Below, piece by piece: positions 1-8,045 of a stretch of 64,000 bases of DNA. The position numbers and the translations under genes were made by a program. The notes under the pieces were generated by a model. The model did no database searches. It worked only from the letters and a program-made list of their open reading frames with translations, and had not been told where the DNA came from. Source of the DNA: Pirellulales bacterium. Its GTDB lineage: Bacteria; Planctomycetota; Planctomycetia; Pirellulales; JACPPG01. Where the stretch lies: positions 8,610 through 72,609 of the forward strand of contig DASYDW010000020.1 of assembly GCA_036499395.1 (NCBI GenBank), read 5' to 3'. How positions within the stretch are numbered: position 1 is the first letter of the stretch; the number at the start of each line of letters is the position of its first letter.

Positions 1-1521
1 GTCTTTCGGCGCCTCGGCGCCGAACCAGTGTTCCGAGATCACCTTCTTTCGCGTATAGAACGCGACGGCGTCAGCTTGCGCATCGAGATCGCCGTACAGC
101 GAATTTTTCCAGCCTCCGAATGGAAAGAAGGCCATTGGCGCCGGCACACCGACGTTGATGCCGAGCATCCCGACCTGGATGCGTTCGCGGAAGATGCGAG
201 CCGCGGCGCCGGATTGCGTGAAGAGAGAAACCGTATTTCCGTATCGACTCCGGTTCGTCAACGTGATTGCCGCGTCCAGGTCCGGCGCGCGCATCACGCT
301 CACCACCGGGCCGAAGATCTCCTCTCGGCCGATGAACATTTCTGGCATCACATCGTCGAAGACCGTCGGCCCGATGAAACAGCCGCGCGGCCTGTTGGGG
401 ACCGTTTGATTACGGCCGTCAAGGCGAAGTCGGGCCCCTTCCTCCAACCCGCGTTCGATCGTGGCCCGAATTCGCTTTTCCTCCCTCGGGTTGACCACGG
501 GACAGAGGGTCGCTGCATCGTCCAGTCCGTCTCCAAGCTTCAGTTCACTCGCCCAGCGGATGAAGGCGTCGACAACTGCGTCTTGTTGCGCCCGATCGCC
601 GACGGCCACTAGCACGCTTCCGGCAAGACAGCGCTGTCCGGCAGAGCCGAAGCACGATCCAATCAGCGCGGGCAGACTGCGCTCGAGTTCGGCGTCGGGC
701 AGGACGACCAGATGGTTCTTGGCTCCGCCGTGTGCCTGGACGCGCTTGCCGTGTGCCGCCGCCATTCCGTAGACCGATTCCGCTACGGCCGACGAGCCTA
801 CAAAGGAGACCGCCTGAACATGCGGGTTGGCGATGAGCCGTTCGCTCACTTCCTTGCTCCCCTGCACTACGCCGACGACACCCGGCGGCAAGCCGGCTTC
901 GGTGAACAGCTCGATCAGCCGTGTGCCGGTGAGCGGTGCCTTCTCAGCGGGTTTCAGGACGAACGTGTTCCCGCAGGCCACGGCGATCGACATCATCCAC
1001 AGCGGAATCAAAGCTGGGAAATTGAACGGTGGAATTCCGACGACCACACCCACAGGTTCGCGGATCGCGTGGCAGTCGACGTCCCGCGAGATGTTGGTCA
1101 GCGTCTGTCCCATAAGCTGGGAGAGAATGCCGCAGGCGAATTCAACGACGTCAAGTCCGCGCCGCAGCGAACCGTGCGCCTCGCTGAGTAGTTTGCCGTT
1201 TTCGCGGACAATGCTGTGTGCCAGATCCGAGTAGTTGTTTTCCAGCAACCCGCGAAACTTGAAGAGAACGTGAGCCCGATCCTGCGCCGGCGTTGCGCGC
1301 CAGCTAGGGAAGGCGCGGGCGGCGGCTGCGCATGCCTCGTCCACCTGCTCTGTCGAGGCCTCGCGCACCGGCGCCACCAATTCGGCCGAGTCCGCCGGAT
1401 TATAGATGTCGCGACTGGTGTTTCCACGCCCGTCAACCCAAGCTCCGCTGATCAGGTTGAGCGCGGAAGCCGAGCGTGAAGAAGTTGCCATAGACCAATC
1501 GGAGGCAGCACCGGTGTTCAT
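1..1521 (-). CDS. mmsA: CoA-acylating methylmalonate-semialdehyde dehydrogenase (ALDH superfamily); last few codons lie left of the window
   Basis: Absent from the ORF track because no stop lies in the window. My reverse-complement translation from ATG 1519-1521 (GGAGAGG just upstream; alternative ATG at 1491) stays open to base 1. It reads MNTGAASDWSMATSS...YNPADSAELVAPVREAS...GIPPFNFPALIPLWM...CFGSAGQRCLAGS (catalytic Cys block)...GINVGVPAPMAFFPFGGWKNSLYGDL...FYTRKKVISEHWF, a C-terminal signature typical of MMSDH. The + strand track ORFs 28..1479 are antisense shadows. Confidence 0.8.
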   Translation of the reverse strand, partial: MNTGAASDWSMATSSRSASALNLISGAWVDGRGNTSRDIYNPADSAELVAPVREASTEQVDEACAAAARAFPSWRATPAQDRAHVLFKFRGLLENNYSDLAHSIVRENGKLLSEAHGSLRRGLDVVEFACGILSQLMGQTLTNISRDVDCHAIREPVGVVVGIPPFNFPALIPLWMMSIAVACGNTFVLKPAEKAPLTGTRLIELFTEAGLPPGVVGVVQGSKEVSERLIANPHVQAVSFVGSSAVAESVYGMAAAHGKRVQAHGGAKNHLVVLPDAELERSLPALIGSCFGSAGQRCLAGSVLVAVGDRAQQDAVVDAFIRWASELKLGDGLDDAATLCPVVNPREEKRIRATIERGLEEGARLRLDGRNQTVPNRPRGCFIGPTVFDDVMPEMFIGREEIFGPVVSVMRAPDLDAAITLTNRSRYGNTVSLFTQSGAAARIFRERIQVGMLGINVGVPAPMAFFPFGGWKNSLYGDLDAQADAVAFYTRKKVISEHWFGAEAPKD

Positions 1522-1603
1522 GAACCTCTCCGAAAGCTAGGGACTATCTCTTCATGGACCACTGCCTAATGTGCGCGGAATCAGGTGGCGGAACATCCCG
1601 GCA

Positions 1604-2590
1604 TCATTTTCCTCTCGGAATGAATCCCGGAACGCCGGTCTCGACGACGGCATTGAACCTCACGCGCGATTTGATTCCTTCAGTAATCTCGCGCAGGGCG
1701 TCTTCGGGAATGGCAGATACATTGAAGTTCTCCTTGATGCGGCTGGGGGTCTTCGAGGTAGTCAGACATGCCGTCCCGCGTTGAATGGCCCATGCCAGCA
1801 GGACTTGCGCTGGAGTCTTGTTCACTCGCTTGGCGATCGACGTGATGACGGGATCTTTCAACAAACTGGGCTCGCTACTATGGCCTAAAGCAGCGAACGC
1901 TTGCAGCACAATGCCATTCTTCTTGCAGTAATCCAGCAATTCCCATTCCGGAAGATACGGATGGGATTCGACGTGAACAACCGCCGGCTTGATTCTCGCC
2001 GCCTCGAAAATTTCCCGGGTCTGCTCTAGGCCGACGTCGGATAAACCAATGGCCCTGCACCGGCCGTCGTCGACCAGACTCTCAAGAGCCCTCCACGTGT
2101 CCAACAGCGTTACGCTCTGGTCATAGATTACATTGCCGTTCGCATCCCTCGGATCTTGCTCTTCTCCCGGCTGAAACGCGAAGGGGGTGTGAATGAGATA
2201 GAGATCGACGAATTCAAGTTGGAGTTTCTCGAGGCTGGACTCGAAAGCGAGCCTGGCGCGGTCAGGACGGTGATTCGTGTTCCAAAGCTTCGTAATGACG
2301 AACACATCCTCGCGCTTGATGTCCCGTTTTTGGAACACCTCCTGCATCGCTTCGCCGACCTCCCTTTCCGTTTTGTAACGTTCGGCGGTATCGAGCAAGC
2401 GAAATCCTGCCTCCAGCGCTGCCCGGGTCGCGTTTCGGGTTATTACGGGATCGGGAATGAGAGTGCCGAAGCCGAGCGCAGGGATCGCGCCGGTTCCCGT
2501 GTTGAGGGGGATCTTAGTGCGACAAAGTTTGTCGTTGTCTACCATTGCTGCACCGCTTTGATATAACCCAAAGAATTTCCGAAACACCAC
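1604..2590 (-). CDS. aldo/keto reductase (2,5-diketo-D-gluconate reductase-like)
   Basis: 328-aa track ORF with AKR blocks: IPALGFGT, LLDTAERYKTE, LEKLQLEFVDLYLIHTP, IGLSDVG, ESHPYL, LQAFAALG. The GTG at 2590 has no obvious SD; ATG at 2545 (MVDNDKL) is an equally plausible start. Confidence 0.85.
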   Translation of the reverse strand: MVFRKFFGLYQSGAAMVDNDKLCRTKIPLNTGTGAIPALGFGTLIPDPVITRNATRAALEAGFRLLDTAERYKTEREVGEAMQEVFQKRDIKREDVFVITKLWNTNHRPDRARLAFESSLEKLQLEFVDLYLIHTPFAFQPGEEQDPRDANGNVIYDQSVTLLDTWRALESLVDDGRCRAIGLSDVGLEQTREIFEAARIKPAVVHVESHPYLPEWELLDYCKKNGIVLQAFAALGHSSEPSLLKDPVITSIAKRVNKTPAQVLLAWAIQRGTACLTTSKTPSRIKENFNVSAIPEDALREITEGIKSRVRFNAVVETGVPGFIPRGK

Positions 2591-2825
2591 AGTCGCAGGC
2601 GATTTCTAATGAGCCAGACTCCACTGTCAGTAGCGCAGGGCGCTGGTGATGGCGCGCAACATATTACGGTCCGTAGGGAGAATCAACGAGTGCCAGCGTA
2701 TATTGCGGACTTGTAAGAAGTCGTCGAGCGACGGCATTTGCAGCGTGACTAAGTTGGGCAGCGTTTAGCATGATTTGGCACGCCCGTCAGTTTGATTCAC
2801 TTTTGGATCACAAACGGGGGAGGAT

Positions 2826-4403
2826 ATGGAAACTGTAGATGACGGAGGATCCGCTCGCTCTGAAAGGAGCCAGGCGTCCCTATCCGACCCGGCGACAGCT
2901 ACCGAGAATCGGGGACAGCCCTCTGTGCATATGCGTGCGGCACCGGCCGAAGAAGTAACGCACGCAGACAACCCGGCGACTGCGGCCCCGACGTCGCCCG
3001 TGGCGGGCTCACCGTCGCGCTTCTCGCGCAAACGATTGATCCTGGCGGGAATTGTGGCGGGAGCGGCGGCCGCTGGATATGTCGTGGTTCCGATGGTGCG
3101 GACCGCGCTGAATACGGTTTCCACCGACGATGCGTATGTCAACGGTCATGTGACCTTCGTTGCGCCGCGGGTTGCCGGATACGTGACCGCGGTACTGGTG
3201 GATGACAACCAGCGCGTGAGAGCGGGGGACTTGTTGGCTCAGCTTGATAAGGAACCGTACCAGGTTCAGGTGAACATCAAGACGTCGGCGCTCATGGCGG
3301 CAAAACGGGAATTGGCGACGGCAATGGCGCAGGCGCAAGGCCTCGCCGGTCAGGCCCGCCGCAGTCGCTTCAAGCTCGATCATGTGATGGAGGATGTCCG
3401 GAATCAGATCGAACTGCTGAAGTCTAACGTCGCGCAACTGAAGGTCGAGGAAGCGAATCTAACGTTCGCGGAGAGCGATTACGAACGCGGCAACAATCTT
3501 GTCGTGAAGGGCGCGATCAGCCAGCAAGATTTTGATCGATACAAGGCCGCGCTGAAAGTGGCCATCAATCGGGTGAGCAGCGCTAAGCAATCGATTCAAC
3601 AAACGCGCGTCAGCCTCGGATTGCCGATCGATCACGAGAACCCCTTGGATATGCCGGAGGATTTGGATGAGACCTCATCGGTGGTGCAAGAAGCATTAGC
3701 GGAACTTTACGGCAACGCTACGCAGTTGGGTTTCAATCCGCCGACCTGGAGTGGGACGCCGAAACAATTCAAGGAGGCGTTTTACTCGCAGGATCCCGAC
3801 AAGAATTTGGACCGGATCTTCGAGCGGCTGATTCCCGAGTCGCCTGCCATTAAGCAAACCGAAGCCAAGGTCGCACAGGCCCAAGACGACCTCGCGCAAG
3901 CCGAGTTGAACCTTCGCTATTGCGACATCGTGAGCGAAATCGACGGTCAGGTCACCAGCCGCAACGTGAACCCTGGTAATTATGTCCAAATTGGTCAGAG
4001 TCTGATGGCCGTGCGCTCGCTCACCGAAATTTGGATCGATGCCAACTTCAAGGAAACACAACTGCGCGACCAACGCATCGGCCAGCGCGTGCGTTGCGAG
4101 GTCGACATGTATGGCCATCGACAGGAGTTCGAGGGCCGGATTACCGGATTCACGATGGGAACCGGCACAACGCTTGCGCTGCTTCCCCCTCAGAACGCGA
4201 CGGGCAATTTCGTGAAGATTGTCCAGCGTTTGCCCGTCCGCATCGAGCTGACGGACTACGATCCCGAAAAGGTCCCGTTATTCATCGGCCTGTCGGTCGT
4301 GCCTTACGTGTACGTCAAGGAGCCGGCCACGGGCCCGCACGCCGGGGAACTCTTGCAACCCTTTGCTACGCTTCCACAATCTCCGGTGGCACCGAAACCG
4401 TAA
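2826..4403 (+). CDS. emrA: HlyD/EmrA-family membrane fusion protein of an MFS efflux pump
   Basis: 525-aa ORF with GGAGG before the ATG. One N-terminal TM (LILAGIVAGAAAAGYVVV), then VSTDDAYVNGHVTFVAPRVAGYVTAVLVDDNQRVRAGDLLAQLD, a long coiled-coil region and GNFVKIVQRLPVRIEL near the C-terminus. The pump gene starts 37 nt downstream. Confidence 0.85.
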   Translation: METVDDGGSARSERSQASLSDPATATENRGQPSVHMRAAPAEEVTHADNPATAAPTSPVAGSPSRFSRKRLILAGIVAGAAAAGYVVVPMVRTALNTVSTDDAYVNGHVTFVAPRVAGYVTAVLVDDNQRVRAGDLLAQLDKEPYQVQVNIKTSALMAAKRELATAMAQAQGLAGQARRSRFKLDHVMEDVRNQIELLKSNVAQLKVEEANLTFAESDYERGNNLVVKGAISQQDFDRYKAALKVAINRVSSAKQSIQQTRVSLGLPIDHENPLDMPEDLDETSSVVQEALAELYGNATQLGFNPPTWSGTPKQFKEAFYSQDPDKNLDRIFERLIPESPAIKQTEAKVAQAQDDLAQAELNLRYCDIVSEIDGQVTSRNVNPGNYVQIGQSLMAVRSLTEIWIDANFKETQLRDQRIGQRVRCEVDMYGHRQEFEGRITGFTMGTGTTLALLPPQNATGNFVKIVQRLPVRIELTDYDPEKVPLFIGLSVVPYVYVKEPATGPHAGELLQPFATLPQSPVAPKP

Positions 4404-4440
4404 CTGGCATTAGTCGGCCATCGCAAAGGAAGCGGGGATC

Positions 4441-6051
4441 ATGAGCACCGTCGCAGTTGCATCGGTGGCAACTAGTCGCCCGGCCATCAATGGCTGGCTC
4501 GTCGCCGGTGCCGTGATCATTCCCACATTCATGGAAGTCCTGGACACGACGGTTGCGATTGTCTCACTGCGTTACATCGCGGGCGACCTGTCGGCGGCCG
4601 TGGTCGACGCCGAATGGGTGCTGACCTGCTATCTCGCCGCGAATGCCACGATTCTTCCGATTTCTGGCTGGCTCTCGGCTCGCCTGGGTCGTCGCAACTA
4701 TTTTCTCTTGTCGATCGCAGTCTTCACCATCGCCTCGGCTTTGTGCGGTATGGCCACCAGCCTATGGCAGATCATCGTGTTCCGCATCATCCAGGGTCTG
4801 GCCGGCGGCGGACTGCAGCCATCCAGCCAGGCCATCCTGATTGACAGTTTCCCGGCCGAGAAACAGGGGATGGCGATGACTATGTTCGGCATCGCGGCGT
4901 TAACGGCGCCAGTTGTCGGACCGACGCTCGGTGGCTACCTATCCGATTATCAAAGTTGGCGCTGGATCTTTTACATCAATATCCCGATCGGCTGTCTTGC
5001 CTTCGCAGTGACTTACCTCGTTGTCGAAGACCCGGACTATCTCCGTAAGGAGCGTGCCCGGCTGCTGCGAATGCCGCTCAACTTCGATTACATCGGCCTG
5101 GCACTACTGGCATTGGTTATGTCCGCATGGGAAGTGCTGATCACCAAGGGCCAGGAATGGGACTGGTTGGGGGACCCTTTCGGAAAGGTCCAGACGTTGT
5201 TGTTGATATTTGTGGTAGGCGGAGCGTGCCTGGTTTTCTGGGAAATGCGCAGAGAAAATCCTGTCGTCAATTTTCGGCCACTTGGCGAACGTAACTTTTG
5301 GGTCTGCTGCCTTATCATTTTCTTCGCATACGCGATCCTGTACGGCACGAGTACATCACTGCCGGGATTGCTCCAGTCATTATTTGGCTACGATGCCTTT
5401 CACTCGGGGCTGATCATGTCGCCGTCCGGCCTCGCGTCGGTCTCGATGCTGCTGATCTGTGGTGTTTTGCTCGGTCGTGGCGTTGACGCCCGCTGGTTGA
5501 TCGGCGGCGGAATGCTTGTCGTGGCGTTCGGCGGCTATTCAATGTCATTGATGAATCTAGAGATTACCCCCTGGCAAGCGATCTGGCCGCGTGTCGTCAC
5601 GATCGCCGGCCTGGGGATGGCCTTTGCCCCGCTCAACGTGGCCGCTTTTCTCTACACCCCCCGTCATTTGCGCGCCGCGGCCGTGGGCATGTTCGCACTG
5701 CTCCGCAACGAAGGGGGCAGTTTTGGTACGTCGATGGCCCGGACCGTGCAGGTGCGTCGCGACCAGTTACATTCTTCGCGCGTCGGAGAATTCCTCGATC
5801 CGTTCAATTCCGCTGTTAGCTCGTATCTGGACCGAACGCAGGCATTTTTCTTTCGGATAACAGGAGATGCCCCTCGATCGCAGCGGATGGCACTGCAAAG
5901 GTTGGCCGACCTTAGAGAGCAACAAGCGCAATCGATGTCCTATTTCGATGTCTTTTTCGTGGCAGGCGTCTTGGGAGTAGCGCTCGCACTTTTGGTGCTC
6001 CTCATGAAGCGATCGGTTGCCGAAAAGGGTGCCCATGTCGGTGCGGAATAG
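4441..6051 (+). CDS. emrB: DHA2-family (EmrB/QacA) MFS multidrug efflux transporter
   Basis: 536-aa, highly hydrophobic ORF with FMEVLDTTVAIVSLRYIAGDL, GWLSARLGRRN and FRIIQGLAGGGLQP motifs typical of 14-TMS EmrB-type transporters. Adjacent to the HlyD gene. Confidence 0.85.
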   Translation: MSTVAVASVATSRPAINGWLVAGAVIIPTFMEVLDTTVAIVSLRYIAGDLSAAVVDAEWVLTCYLAANATILPISGWLSARLGRRNYFLLSIAVFTIASALCGMATSLWQIIVFRIIQGLAGGGLQPSSQAILIDSFPAEKQGMAMTMFGIAALTAPVVGPTLGGYLSDYQSWRWIFYINIPIGCLAFAVTYLVVEDPDYLRKERARLLRMPLNFDYIGLALLALVMSAWEVLITKGQEWDWLGDPFGKVQTLLLIFVVGGACLVFWEMRRENPVVNFRPLGERNFWVCCLIIFFAYAILYGTSTSLPGLLQSLFGYDAFHSGLIMSPSGLASVSMLLICGVLLGRGVDARWLIGGGMLVVAFGGYSMSLMNLEITPWQAIWPRVVTIAGLGMAFAPLNVAAFLYTPRHLRAAAVGMFALLRNEGGSFGTSMARTVQVRRDQLHSSRVGEFLDPFNSAVSSYLDRTQAFFFRITGDAPRSQRMALQRLADLREQQAQSMSYFDVFFVAGVLGVALALLVLLMKRSVAEKGAHVGAE

Positions 6052-6071
6052 ATTTCAATGCCGACGGGATT

Positions 6072-6401
6072 TGACCTGCCCCCTTCAACCGAGTCGATCG
6101 ACGGAGCGATAATCCGTTGAACAGTACCCAAGCGAAGGAGGGCGACCGATGCCACGAGGTCAGAAGTTCCAAGCAGAGGCGTTCATCGCGAAGTTGCGTG
6201 AGGCGGAAGTAGAGCTTGCGCGGGGCAAGAGGGTGCCCGAGGTCGCGAAGAAGATCGGCGTTACGGAGCAGACATACTACCGCTGAAAGAAGGAGTACGG
6301 TGGTCTGCTCATAGATCAGGCGAAGCGGCTTAAGGAGTTGGAGAAGGAGAACGCCCGTCTGAAACGTCTGCTGGCCGACGCCGAGTTGGACTGACCGGCT
6401 C
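6072..6401 (+). mobile_element. Left-end remnant of an IS3-family element (IS407-group-like), truncated where the next IS begins
   Basis: Starts TGACCTGCCCCC at 6072, which resembles IS407-group terminal repeats as I recall them. It contains an orfA-like reading frame. No matching right end or orfB seen after 7674. Confidence 0.5.
6149..6394 (+). pseudogene. IS3-family transposase OrfA remnant with in-frame TGA replacing the conserved Trp
   Basis: AAGGAGG 7 nt upstream of ATG 6149. Translation: MPRGQKFQAEAFIAKLREAEVELARGKRVPEVAKKIGVTEQTYYR-TGA(6284..6286)-KKEYGGLLIDQAKRLKELEKENARLKRLLADAELD. The usual sequence is YYRW; TGG has become TGA. Too short for the ORF track. Confidence 0.65.
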
Positions 6402-6420
6402 TGAATTTCTGTACCAGGGG

Positions 6421-7348
6421 TTATGAAGGTATTGGTTGGGGAACAGGTACGGTCTCTTCTCTTCGCGTGTGCTGCTGTAGCGCAGGCTGAGGCGTAGCCG
6501 AAGCCGGAGTGGAAGCAGCACACGCGGCGAACTTACTGGGGGCTTGGTAGCCCAACGAGCTGTGGGGTCGGTGGTGGGTGTAGTCCTCTCGCCAGACTGC
6601 CGTCAGCGACCGGGCGGCCGATAGGTTCTCGAACTCCTCGACGGCCAAGAACTCGTCACGAACACGACTGTGGAAGCTTTCGGCATAGCCATTCTCCCAA
6701 GGGCTGCCTGGCTCCACGTACAGCGTTTCCACGCCGACCTGCTTCAGCCAACGTCGCATGGCTAGCGCGATAAACTTTTCCGTTGTCGCTGCGGACGTGT
6801 TGTGGCACGCCACGCATCGCGAACAACTCCGCCAGTGTGTCGATTACGTCTTCGCTCGTGATGCTGCGGTCCACCTTCAAGGTCAGGCACTCGCGCGTGT
6901 GCTCGTCGATGATCGACAGCCACTGCAGCGTGCTGCCGCTGGCGGTGCGATCGAACACGAAGTCCCAACTCCAGACGTGGTCTTTGTGCAAGGCGCGACG
7001 CCGGTCGCAGCCGTTGACGCTGCTCCCCAGGCGACGGCGTTTCCGCTTCTTGTTTGGCACTTTCAAGCCTTCCCGACGCCACAGTCGAAACAGGCGGCTC
7101 TGGCCAACACGCCGACCTTCGGCGGCCAATAGACGGCCGATCCGCCGATAGCCGAACCGCGGCCGCTCGCGAACCAACTCCAACATCCGTTTCACCACTG
7201 CCGCTTCGTCGCTGTGCGGTTGCGGTTGATAACGCTGACTGCTGCGCGGCTGACCCAAGGCAACGCACGCCCTTCGTTCGGAGACCGTGAACTGCGTTTG
7301 CAGCGCACAGACCGCCGCGCGCTTCCGCGAAGGGCTCACCAGTTTCCC
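6421..7348 (-). pseudogene. IS3-family transposase OrfB (DDE integrase core), disrupted by a frameshift
   Basis: Frame one (track ORF 6656..7483) reads VSERRACVALGQPRSSQRY...WSWDFVFDRT...IIDEHTRECL...HVRSDNGK. The homologous continuation EKFIALAMRRWLKQVGVETLYVEPGSPWENGYAESFHSRVRDE...HRPHSSLGYQAP lies in another frame (track ORF 6421..6813). The break is at the A-run around 6775..6783 (GACAACGGAAAAGTTTATC on the coding strand). Confidence 0.7.
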
Positions 7349-7614
7349 GAGGCGACATGCTTCAGCATCTGATTGTCGAGCGACAGATCCGCCACCAACT
7401 GCTTCAGCCGACGGTTCTCGTCTTCCAGCTCCTTCAGCCGCTTCGCCTCTTCGGCCTTCATGCCGCCGTACTGCGCACGCCAACGATCGTACGTCGATTG
7501 GCTCACTTCCAGGGATTGCAACACCAACGCCTTGCCGGCGTTCAGCATCCCCTCCGCGTCACGCAGCTTCTTGATAATCTGCTCGGGACTGTGCCGCTTA
7601 CGTCGCTTCGTCAT
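7336..7614 (-). CDS. IS3-family transposase OrfA (HTH)
   Basis: MTKRRKRHSPEQIIKKLRDAEGMLNAGK...STYDRWRAQYGGMKAEEAKRLKELEDENRRLKQLVADLSLDNQMLKHVASGNW. The track ORF extends to 7653; ATG 7614 fits family length. Confidence 0.8.
   Translation of the reverse strand: MTKRRKRHSPEQIIKKLRDAEGMLNAGKALVLQSLEVSQSTYDRWRAQYGGMKAEEAKRLKELEDENRRLKQLVADLSLDNQMLKHVASGNW
7342..7348 (-). promoter_or_regulatory. Candidate programmed -1 ribosomal frameshift heptamer G_GGA_AAC linking orfA to orfB
   Basis: Coding strand reads TCG GGA AAC TGG TGA (orfA end). A slip to GGG AAA continues as LVSPSRKRAAV, which is the orfB frame. The heptamer fits the X_XXY_YYZ rule. Confidence 0.55.
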
Positions 7615-8045
7615 CGAAAAGGTCTCCTTGCCCGAAGGGCTAAAGACCTTCATAACCGATGGATCAGATTTTCAATAGCAGGCCACTGTCGTGGGATCGG
7701 TCGCGCGCATTCGCGGCCCGAAAAGCACGATTCTTCGAAGCGAAGAGCTTCGCGAACACATCGCACTGCTCGGCGTCGCACGGTTTGGCGCGCCGAATCA
7801 CACATACACCGCGCCAGGATTCGCGGTAGCGACAGAGGTTAGAGAATCGCGACTGGCAAAGGACGCAACACCTGGGTGAATTATCGTCGAATCACATCGT
7901 GCTCGCACTTGCTGGTCGGCCGCATCGAAACAGTCCTATTGGCGAACACGCTCCCAGTGGCATGGACCCAACAACGGCGAAATCGATCGGGGGGCGCGGC
8001 CGCCCATTGAGCCAGCGATCGAGTGACGGCGGGTCCCACGGTTCG

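Larger units (their letters stand above)
6402..7674 (-). mobile_element. IS3-family insertion sequence (1,273 bp) with imperfect terminal inverted repeats
   Basis: Ends 6402..6430 (TGAATTTCTGTACCAGGGGTTATGAAGGT) and the reverse complement of 7646..7674 (TGAAAATCTGATCCATCGGTTATGAAGGT) match at 23 of 29 positions. The element encloses orfA and an overlapping -1-frame orfB. I saw no clear target-site duplication. Confidence 0.75.

Noticed and set aside
28-1479. Series of + strand track ORFs (28..612, 461..772, 712..1191, 827..1234, 1216..1479)
   Set aside because: They overlap one another in different frames and are Arg/Ala/Pro-rich. All lie antisense to a continuous minus-strand frame with clear aldehyde dehydrogenase motifs. 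This is typical high-GC shadow-ORF behaviour.
6002-6523. 173-aa minus-strand ORF spanning the emrB 3' end and the IS remnant
   Set aside because: It crosses a gene end, an IS terminal repeat and an orfA remnant on the other strand. It has no motif and is explained by the features already called.
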